Shown here piece after piece: positions 52,735 to 62,810 of a DNA stretch of 64,000 bases. A program made the position numbers and the translations under genes. This DNA comes from Octopus sinensis. Taxonomy: Eukaryota. The notes under the pieces are model-generated. The model was not told the origin of the DNA. It ran no database searches and was given only the letters and a program-made list of their open reading frames with translations. The stretch is from positions 99,138,001 to 99,202,000 of the forward strand of contig NC_043005.1 of assembly GCF_006345805.1 (NCBI RefSeq), written 5' to 3'. Within the stretch, counting starts at the first letter, position 1. The number at the start of each line of letters is the position of its first letter.

Positions 52735-54227
52735 TTTATTTTTTTCTTGTACCAGCTCAGAGCTGCGGCCATGCTGATGCACTGCTGTTTTGTGCTACAT
52801 TGTTATTACGAAGAACCTCGTCTAATATGTGGCACTTGGTGAAGAATGGAGTTTGATATAGCTACTCTCATTTGCACCTCTTGCCGTGAGGTAGCTTAAT
52901 CTGGGACTCATGACAGGAAGATGTCCAGCTTTGATTTAAAAACCGCTACATCTACTTTGTGCAAGTTCCTCAGACTCTTTGGGAGAATATTAAAAAGCTG
53001 TGGGCCTTGAAACCCAGGCTGTTGCAGAAGCTGGTCCTGAAGCGTGATGGCATTGCTGGGATCTTTGGCACTATGCAGTGTCGTCCCGTTCTAGCATTGG
53101 TGTAGCTTACAATGCCAAAATTTGGCACAATTCCTTCCAGGATCTTCCAGACATATATTACTGCATACCTCTCCCGTCTTCTCTCCAGGGAGTAGAGTCA
53201 TTGCTGTTTCAACCCTTCCCAGTAGCTGAGCTGTTGCAAAGAGACGATCTTCTTTGTGAATCTTCTCTGGATTGCTTCAAGGTCCGCTGTTAATTTAACA
53301 CTGGTGAGTGACCATAGCTGTGAGCAGTAATCCAGGTGGCTGAGGACGAATGTCCACCAGAGGACCATCATGGTTTCCTTATCTCTGGTTCTGAATGTTC
53401 TTAGGATCCACCCAGCCAGTTGTCTGCACTTTGTCGCCATCCTGGTAATGTGCACTTGGAAAGAGGTATCATCACTCATGTCGATACCCAGGTCCCTCAC
53501 AGACTTTGGCTCTGGGATTGAAATTCCCTGTGGACCGGAGTATCCTGTAGGTTTAATATTCAGTTTTGGATGCTGGTAGTGGAGGGCCTGGAATTTTTCA
53601 GCATTAAACTGCATATTATTATCCTCAGCTCATCTGTAGATTGAGTCCAACTCCTGCTGCAGATGTGCAACATCGCTGAGGTTCTGTATTTTCTGCGAGA
53701 CTTTCGTATTGTCTGCATAGCTGGCCAGAGTGGCTATCCGGGCATTTGAGGGCATATCTGAGAGGGCCACTATAAAAAGCAGTGGTCCCAAGACAGTGCC
53801 CTGTGGAACACTGCTCACTATTTGTGTGTTCATAGAGGTGGCTCCATTAACCACTACTGCTTGACTCCTATCTTTCAGGAAGTCATGTAATCACACTCCA
53901 AGTTTTCTAGCTATGCTGAGGTCATGCAGTTTGTGGCATATCATACCATGATCCACCTTGTCAAAAGCTTTTGCAAAATCAAGGTAGATTACGTCCACAT
54001 TTGATTTGTTGAGTAACTGCCTCAACACCCAGTCATAATGTTGTAAGAGCTGGGTCAGGCAGCTCCTACCTTGTCGAAAACCATGCTGGGTATCACTCAG
54101 CAAGTTATTTTCCTCAAGGAATGCGATTAGTTTCTTTCTGACTATCCGTTTCATGACTTTGCTGATGTGTGAAGTCAGAGAGATAGGCCTATAGTTTTGG
54201 GCATCTGCTCTACTTCCCCCTTTATGT
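52735..54227 (-). mobile_element. 5'-truncated CR1-clade LINE with a disrupted RT
   Basis: NYRPISLTSH, QHGFRQGRSCLTQLL, IYLDFAKAFDKVDH, SSVPQGTVLGPLLF, YADN, VRDLG, LDYCSQLWS; A-rich 3' end. Confidence 0.93.
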
Positions 54228-54458
54228 GTGAGTGTTTGCGTATGTATCCGTGGGAAAAGAGATAGAAAGGAAGGGAGAGGGGTGGTAAATAGATTTCATT
54301 TAGGCCTGCTAGCACCGGGGGGGGGGAGGGTCTACTCCAGTGCCACTAAATGTGTGTCGGCGGGTAGGTAGGTCATATATTATGACTCTGAAGAGGTCAA
54401 AATAAAAATAAAAATAAAATAAGGGACGAAATGTGTGTGTATATATGTGCATGTATAC

Positions 54459-54500
<42 letters not shown>

Positions 54501-54629
54501 ATATTCTTTTATATATATGTGTGTAGATATATGTGTGCGTGTGCTTGCATGTTGGCATGTATGTGTATGTGTATTTGTATATATATATGTATATGTGTGT
54601 ATGTATATATGTGTGTGTGTATGTATGAG

Positions 54630-54675
<46 letters not shown>

Positions 54676-54989
54676 TGATAGTCTTCTTATTTACCTAAAA
54701 CTCTATTCTATTATTCTATTTATTCATTTATTTACTTTATCACTGATTCTTTTGAAAGAACAACAAAAGAATTTTGTTGTTTTTGTTTATTCATATTTTG
54801 TTCATGTGTTTACAACCACTTATTATTATCATTACATTTGGTTTTATGTATGTATGTATGTATAACAACAATACTAGTAATAATAATAATAAATAGAATC
54901 GAAAAAAAAAAAATATATATATATATAGTTATTTATTTCTATTTGTTTATTTATCTGTGTATTTATTATGTTTTCGGGATCCTCTATCG

Positions 54990-55125
54990 TCATATGTTGT
55001 GGTGTGTGCTAGTGCTCCATTCTAGTTTTCTATTCAGGCTAGGTTTATTTTCTATTATGTGTGTAGCTTCTGTAATTTGTCTAATTGTTGCATCTGTTCT
55101 ATATGTGGACAATATTTTAATATGT
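54990..55125 (-). pseudogene. Penelope-like element GIY-YIG endonuclease C-terminal fragment
   Basis: KILSTYRTDATIRQITEATHIIENKPSLNRK*-type ending fits the R..EA..I....P.LNR pattern of PLE ORF ends. Confidence 0.6.
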
Positions 55126-55158
55126 ATAAATATATATATATATATGATACAATATTTG

Positions 55159-55204
<46 letters not shown>

Positions 55205-55244
55205 CAGCATCAACATGAAGCAATGATTATGAACAAACGAACTG

Positions 55245-55628
55245 TAGGTTAGTTAAAATATGTTTGTGGCATATTTTAACTTCTAAAGGCAAATTCACTG
55301 CAGTTGCCATGAAGAAAAGATTTACTCTTCCGATAAAAAGTGTAAAAATATCACATCTGCCCAGAGTCTCCCTCTAGTGGATCCCCAGACACACCGTTTC
55401 TGGCTCTTTAGCCTTCCTCAGTGGAAAATATCGGAGTAATAACCCGAGGTAGAATCAAATCTGTAGCTTTAACTAAAATGCAGTGAACATCAATGAGTGA
55501 GTTGCAATATCAGCAGATATAGTATTTTTACATTTTTACCATAAGAGAGAATTTTTTTTTCCATGGTAACTGTTATGAATTTACCTTTAGAAGTTAAAAT
55601 ATGCCACAAACATATTTTAACTAACCTA
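55245..55628. repeat. Foldback cassette with ~105-bp arms around a hammerhead
   Basis: 55245-55351 vs 55522-55628; outer 45 bp are perfect; each arm holds a 12-bp hairpin AGTTAAAATATG-ccacaaa-CATATTTTAACT. Confidence 0.9.
55382..55428 (-). ncRNA. Minimal type I hammerhead ribozyme
   Basis: UUUUCCA-CUGAGGA-A-GGCU-AAAG-AGCC-A-GAAAC-GGUGU-GUC^UGGGGA: core intact, 4-bp stem II, stem I pairs with G-U wobbles, GUC cleavage triplet. Confidence 0.75.
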
Positions 55629-55631
55629 AAA

Positions 55632-55672
<41 letters not shown>

Positions 55673-55684
55673 ATGTAAAAAAAT

Positions 55685-55915
55685 ACAAACTGGGACAGGA
55701 ACGCAAAACATTTAGAAGATGATACAAAAAACATGAACGGGACATTCAAAGCCTTCAATCTTCAGTCAAGAACCGGATCATCTTCGCAATTTTGGCTGAT
55801 TAATCTTGAGATTGCTCCGACCTGGCCAGCCCCAAAAGAAAATCTAAGCCAAGTGCATTAGATTCCTTGGAAGAAAGCCTCGAATATATACAAAACAAGG
55901 ACGGAAAACCGGACG
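55685..55915. repeat. Unclassified dispersed repeat (homolog of 329-655)
   Basis: Opposite-orientation match; again between TA microsatellites. Confidence 0.75.
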
Positions 55916-55924
55916 ATGTTACAC

Positions 55925-56149
55925 ATATATGTGTGTGTGTGTGTATATATGTATATATATATATATGTATATATATGTGTGTGTGGATATATATGTGTAT
56001 ATATATATATGTATATATATATATGTGTGTGTATATGTATATATATATATATATGTGTGTATATATAAGTATATATATATGTGTGTGTGTGTGTATATAA
56101 ATGTTTATGTGTGTGTGTGTGTGTGTGTGTGTCTGTGTGTGTGTGTGTC

Positions 56150-56215
<66 letters not shown>
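55925..56215. repeat. Compound TA/TG microsatellite
   Basis: Directly visible. Confidence 0.97.
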
Positions 56216-56216
<1 letters not shown>

Positions 56217-56420
56217 TTGTGAGTGACATTACAATTTCAAATAGTTGAAGTTGTTTCACTTTATATGAATTGCTTTCTAAATTATCTGACAGCCTGGAGT
56301 CATTTTATTTATTCTTAGTATTCAAAATTTCATTTTACTGTCGTCTTTGTCTCATAATGTTCCAGTAATGTTTTAATGTTCATAAATTCTGATGACCAAA
56401 TTAATTTTCTTCTTTTTCTC

Positions 56421-56458
<38 letters not shown>

Positions 56459-57629
56459 TTGAAACACTCTTGTCACAACTTGGGACCTTGAAGACTGCTT
56501 TAATGCAAGAAAGTATACTAGTCCCTTAATATTTGATATTCAATATTTCATCTATTCAATAAGACAATCAATACTTCATTTCATTTTACTCTCTATATAT
56601 ATTAATTATACTAAATATTCTATATTCTACGTTAATATTATAAAGGATATAAATAAAACATGAAAAACAGGCAGAGTTGGAATTCTTTTGAATAATCTAT
56701 ATCCCTTTATATATATACACATATACACCCACATATATAATACGCCATGTATCATCATTGTATATTCAATATGCTATATGTATTTGTATTTACACTCATT
56801 CCGCTATTAATTATTCTACTTCATATGTTCCACTTTATTCCACTTTTACCTTTTATATTCAATTTACTGAGAAGTGTCATGCATTCAACTTTAGCCGATT
56901 TATTTATTATGCTGCATGCAAATATTTCTTGCTTTAAGCAGAACAAAAAAAAAACAAAACAAGAAATAATTTGAAATTGCAGACTGAAAATTCCGAAGGC
57001 CAAAGTATGTTGGTGCCTTTTCATGTCTATACAAGAAATATAGTTCAGAAACGTTTGCAGTGAATGTGAATAACAATGCCTGTTATGTATATTTGTAGCT
57101 TTTGCACAGAATGTGCAAATATGTTGTAAATGTGCAGCTTTTGCATAAACTATCTTCCGAAAACCCTTTGAAAATGTATGTAACTTGTTTGTAAGATCAT
57201 TTACCTTCGTGTAGATATTCATATATTTTGGAAGTTCTGAACACATACAGGTACAACTTTTGTGAAACAAGACAGCATTTATAGTAGAAAATATCATAAT
57301 GTAGAATAACAATTAAATCATTGGCTATAATATAAAGTACATACTAAAAGTAATCAAATCTGTATAATAATTGGGGAGTGGTGGTGGATATAGTTTTCTT
57401 TTTTTCTTGTTATTTTGGCATTTTTATTTACATTCTCATACTCATGTTAACAACTTTCATCATGTACATTTTTCAATGATACTTCCAATTAGAAAAATCA
57501 ATTAGCAATAATTACATTTTTGCTTGTATATATGAATAAGTTTAGTTAAAACACCCACAGTCATTATCGATGGCATGGACATTCTAATTATTATTATAAA
57601 TCTATTACAAACTGCTTTAGTTAGCAGGA

Positions 57630-58130
57630 ATGTTGTCTTGAGTTTTGATAATGTCCCCATAAATCTCAAGAATCGTTCTTAGAATGCTTGCAGAGCACAG
57701 AATGGCATTTTTCTGCAAGTGGACAATATACATTTCATTCCTAATATCTTGCAGTCTCCTAGGCAGCAGTTTTGGTGTGGTACCAAGTGCACTAATTACC
57801 ATTCTTTTCATCTCTCTGGCATGGTCCTGATATATCTCAGTTTCTTTGATATCCACTCTGCAATCATATGATATTGTAAAATCTATGATCTTAAACATCT
57901 TCTTTTGTTCTTGTTTTTTAAGATCATATCTGGTCTCTGCACTTCAATAGAATGGTCAGTCTTTAAAGAGAAATCCCACAAAATTCTGTAATTACTGTTC
58001 ACCATCTCAGTCTCTGGCTCTATGTTTGAATCACCTTTCTGTCCCTTTGAACCCACACATTCAGAAAACATCCGACTGCACTACAAGATTATAATGGAAG
58101 ATAAAATCAAAGTATACATGTTATAGACAT
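57630..58130 (-). pseudogene. R4/Dong-like RLE endonuclease C-terminal remnant
   Basis: NYRILWDFSLKTDHSIEVQRPDMILKNK (PD motif), YQD, VISALGTTPK, LQKNAILCSASILRTILEI. Confidence 0.85.
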
Positions 58131-58796
58131 GATATAGAATTAATCTCAACTTACTGATCATCAAACAACCAGGCTTCACTGTGGCTCTCAACCAGCTTTT
58201 CCCTATCTCTTTCCCTCTCTCGGTTGACAAAGCTAGGATTTGAAGCTGCTTTAGGGAGGAGAAGGTTTGAGCAAGGCTTTTCTGTGATGTTTCCAGAGAG
58301 TTTGTAATAATCGAGGAATGTCCTTGCCAAGTTGCGACCCAGTTTCATATCTTTATAGTCAAGTTAAGGATGTGAATCAAACAAAATTTTATGTGCTTGT
58401 GTATGTGAACTGGGTTCAAATTCAACTGAAATATTGTTTGGTTTCCAAGGAAAAGTCATTAAATAATGAAACCATATACTAAGGTTAAATCTAACATCTC
58501 AAGGATTGTTTTTTTAAATATTCGTTGATGTAGGCAAGGCTGTGTGGTTAAGAAATTTGCTTCAGAACCAAATGGTCAGAGGTTCAGTCTGTGAATGTTG
58601 TCAGCCGGCATCTTTTACTATAGAACTTTGTAGATGGTAACTGAAGAAATATGTCTCTCTCTCTCTCTCAAATCTGCACTAAGTTCCAATCTGATTTGGC
58701 ATGGCTTCTACAGTTGGATGCTCTTCCTAACGCTCTTGGAGTGGCTGGCATTAGGAAGGGAATCCAGCTGTAGAAAACATGCCAGGTCATGCCAGG

Positions 58797-59198
58797 CATA
58801 GGAGTGGCTGTGTGGTAAGTAGCTTGCTTACCAACCACATGGTTCCAGGTTCAGTCCCACTGCGTGGCACCTTGGGCAAGTGTCTTCTACTATAGCCTCG
58901 GGTCGACCAAAGCCTTGTAAGTGGATTTGGTAGATGGAAACTGAAAGAAGCCCATCGTATATATGTATATATATGTATGTGTGTGTATATGTTTGTGTGT
59001 CTGTGTTTGTCCCCCCAACATCGCTTGACAAGCGATGCTGGTGTGTTTACGCCCCCATACCTTAGCAGTTTGGCAAAAAAGACTGATAGAATAAGTACTA
59101 GGCTTACAAAGAATAAGTCCTGGGGTCAATTTGCTCAACTAAAAGCGGTGCTCCAGCATGGCCACAGTCAAATGACTGAAACAAGTAAAAGAGTAAAA
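58797..59198 (+). mobile_element. SINE family C inserted in an RTE tail fragment
   Basis: Complete head to GTAAAAGAG tail; RTE tail resumes at 59201 and ends in (GAT)n near 59315. Confidence 0.92.
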
Positions 59199-59604
59199 AA
59201 GATCAGATTGGAACCTGGTGCAGTTCCCCAGCTTATCATTTTCCAGTCAAACCATCCAACCCATGCCAGCATGGAAAATGGATGTTAAATGATGATAATG
59301 ATGATGATGATGATATATGTGTTTGTGTGTGTGTATGTGTATAAATATGTATGTGTGTAGATGTATGTGTATATAAATATATGCATGTGTGTGTGAGAGT
59401 CCCTATTGCCTCTCAACTTCATCTGTGTTTGCTGACTATAAACAACATGTTGTGTCCTACAGTCAAGTGCAAAAGCATGTCAAGGCTTATTGCAATGTTG
59501 CATGATCTTTGTAAACAAAAAGCTCATGAAAATAGTGTCTCTTGTTTCAAATTCACAGTGTAATTGTATCTGGACTGTTTGTTGTTTGATAAACTAGGAT
59601 ACTA

Positions 59605-59833
59605 TTAACCCTTTTGTTACTGTATTTATTTTGAGATGCTCTCTGTTTCTTTCAGTTACTTTAAATATAACAAAGAATTTAGTAAAATATCTTAGTTACC
59701 ATTCAGCTAGTGTTAGGAACATAAATTGTGACTAAGGTTTGGTGGAAGATTTTAATTCAGAACTTATGAAAACAAGATGTTTGTACAACAGAGCCTGAGC
59801 CAGTTTCAGCCAGGCTGGTAGCGAAAGGGTTAA
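59605..59833. mobile_element. piggyBac-like MITE
   Basis: TTAA|CCCTTTTGTTAC ... GTAGCGAAAGGG|TTAA. Confidence 0.85.
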
Positions 59834-60518
59834 CCTGCCTGGAACCAGCCCTTGGTGAGGATTAGTATCAAGAAGATTATCCAGTCTTTGAATATCTACC
59901 TCAAAGGATTCCATTGGATGCTTGTAAATATGGAGAAGTGGATGTTAAAACAACGAAAACGATGATGGTAATGGTGAAATCTACATTGTGAAGACAAATA
60001 CTTATTTTGGGATGGCTATGTAAAAATATTGTACAAATATATAAACAAAATAAATATAAACAGTTATATTGGTAGCTAAAGTTAGTAAAGTGATCACCAA
60101 CAGTTTTTGGTTTCATATCTCCCTTGGCTCTTCATTTTATTAATAGTGTAGGTCACATGACAACGTAGACATTTAAAATGTGTAACCTCTGGATTTAACC
60201 TTAGTCACGTGGTTAAGAGGTCTGCTTTGAATTCTTATAATTTCAGTTTTGGTTTTACTGTGTGGAAACTTGGGAACGTGTTGCCTTCCACAGTCTGATG
60301 TCAATCTGGCTTTTTAAGTGGTTTTGGTTCTCTGGAAACTGTACGAAAGCTCACCGGAAGGCCTGTTGATATTCTTGAGGGATAGACTTAATCCATTACC
60401 TCTTTTAATACCACCTAGCACTGGGGTACCTTATTTTTAGGTTGATCTAAGTAAAATTTGGCAGAAAGAAACTGGACAACAGCACATTTGTTTCTGTTTG
60501 AAGGCCAAAAGAATTGAC

Positions 60519-60590
60519 TTTGTCTGAATGTTTCACTCTGTCTTAACCCAACATTGGTTGGCTTAAGACAGAGTGAAACATTCAGACAAA
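60519..60590. repeat. Hairpin A: 28-bp perfect stem plus 5-bp inner stem
   Basis: TTTGTCTGAATGTTTCACTCTGTCTTAA / TTAAGACAGAGTGAAACATTCAGACAAA. Confidence 0.95.
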
Positions 60591-60593
60591 TAT

Positions 60594-60749
60594 AGTCACA
60601 TGATCTTTCATTAAGGCCTCTGAGAATGCAAGCGTGAGTGGTCGTGCCAAAGGAACCAGTCCCATCTGTTGTAAGCATTGGGACTGGTTCCTTTGGCACG
60701 ACCAATCACGCTTGCATTCTCAGAGGCCTTAAGAAAAGATCATGTGACT
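60594..60749. repeat. Hairpin B: 71-bp arms, 3 mismatches, 14-nt loop
   Basis: 60594-60664 vs reverse complement of 60679-60749. Confidence 0.97.
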
Positions 60750-61507
60750 TAATCTTCTTTGGGTAAACCATTTAAAAAATATTGAAGATTTTAATAATAA
60801 AGTTTTTTTTTATTAATTTCTCTTATCAAAAACGGCCCAGCTGGATCAGGGCATTTGTTGCTCAAATTTTACTAAAATCTTCAGTACAAGATATAGATAA
60901 ATAATGAGAAAATTACCTTTTGGATTAATTTGAGCATTTGTAGTATTTATGAGTGCTATCTGTGTATCTGATTATTAATTAATTTATTGATTATACAGTT
61001 ACAAGGTTGGAAATTGTTTTAGTTGAAGAAAGCACTCATGATTTTTACTGGTTTGAAAGTTATGAGGTTTTATTGTGAGAAAGGCATGGGGTGCTAGAAC
61101 CCAGGGTTGTATCAGTCACCTGTTATCTCAGAAACAGAGTGAAGCACATGAATTGGTAAGTGTAGATTTTGTAGATCTCTAATGAATTAACTAACTTACA
61201 AAACCAGAAAATTCTTGGGTTGTGCAATAGGTAGATGTGAGTTTTATTACTCTTGTTAGGTTGTGAGGTAGGTTATCTTGAAAAGGTAGATGTGAGGTAG
61301 GTTACCTTAGCTGTGTAAATAAGAACTGGATTACATGATTAATCAAATGTGGGATGGGCAATCCTATTTAGATATACATGTGTTTATGGGGTACCCTGAT
61401 TAAGATATATGTTTGTGTGGGGCTAAGCTACTTAGTAGGTGTTAGATGAATCAGTGAAAAAAGAAGAAAAGTTTATGCTTGAAGGCAAAATAAAAAAAAA
61501 ATTGAAG

Positions 61508-61995
61508 CATCATCATCATCATCGTTTAACGTCCACTTTCCATGCTAGCATGGGTTGGACGAATGACTGAGGGCTGGCAAACCAGATGGCTGCACCAGGC
61601 TTCAATCTTAAATCTGGCAGAGTTTCTACAGCTGGATGCCCTTCCTAACGTCAACCACTCTGAGAGTGTAGCGGGTGCTTTTACATGCCACCAGCACGGG
61701 GCCAGTCAGGTGGTACTGGCAATGACCTTGCTCGAATCTTTTACACATGCCACTGACACAGGTGCCAGTAAGGCGATGCTGGTAACGATCATGCTCAAAT
61801 GATGTCTTTTACGTGCCACCGGCACGGAGGCCAGATAGCCGCTCTGGCAACAATCATGCTTGGATGGTGCTCTTTAAGGTGACGCTGGTAATGATCATGC
61901 TTGAATGGTGCCTTTTAAGTGCCACTGGCATGGAAGTCGGTTAGTTGCTCTGTCAATGATCACACTCGTATGATGCTCTTTGCACCCTGCTAGCA
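61508..61995 (-). mobile_element. RTE 3' UTR fragment with decayed repeat units
   Basis: (CAT)n tail and tail motifs. Confidence 0.87.
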
Positions 61996-62357
61996 CAGAG
62001 AATTTCTGTTTTGATCAAGGAAGGCTAGAAGTAAGTAAGGGTACTAAGGGATGACAATCAAGAGGAGCTGCATGTCTAATGATTGTTTAAAGAGAGGTGA
62101 GACTCTATTGAAAGAGACTACAATCTGAAGCTGAACTTATCAACCCTGATTAAACAGACCAATAGTGAAAGACTTTCTATCTATGATCACCTTGTCTTTT
62201 TAAGACTATTATAATGTCTTGCCTTTATGTAAGGATAGCAGTATGAGACTTGGAGATTTAGCTGCTACTTTTAGCAGGCTGAGTGACTACAAAGTAGCAT
62301 ATTGTTTTGGTAGGGGATACATGAATATGTGATGCCTGTTATGATTAAAGCAGCTTT

Positions 62358-62549
62358 ACTCTTTTACTTGTTTCAATCATTTGACTGTGGCCATGTTGGA
62401 GTACTGCCTTTAGTCGAGCAAATCGACCCCAAGACATTCCTAGTACTTATTACATCGGTCTATTTTTGCCAAACCGCTAAGTTACGGGGACGTAAACACA
62501 CCAGCATCAGTTGTCAAGCGATGTTGGGGGGAAAAACACAGACACACAA

Positions 62550-62635
<86 letters not shown>

Positions 62636-62810
62636 ATATATACATATATACGATGGGCTTCTTTCAGTTTCCGTCTACCAAATCCACTCACAAGGCTTTG
62701 GTCAGCCCAAGGCTATAGTAGAAGACACTTGCCCAAGGTGCCACGCAGTGGGACTGAACCTGGAACAATGTGGTTGGTAAGCAAGCTACTTACCACACAG
62801 CCACTCCTGC
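62358..62810 (-). mobile_element. SINE family C with expanded internal TA tract
   Basis: Complete head and tail. Confidence 0.92.

Noticed and set aside
56821-57312. 163-aa ORF and Cys-rich plus-strand frames suggesting a zinc finger
   Set aside because: No C2H2 spacing or linker, stops interrupt the Cys-rich frames, and the composition fits AT-rich non-coding DNA.
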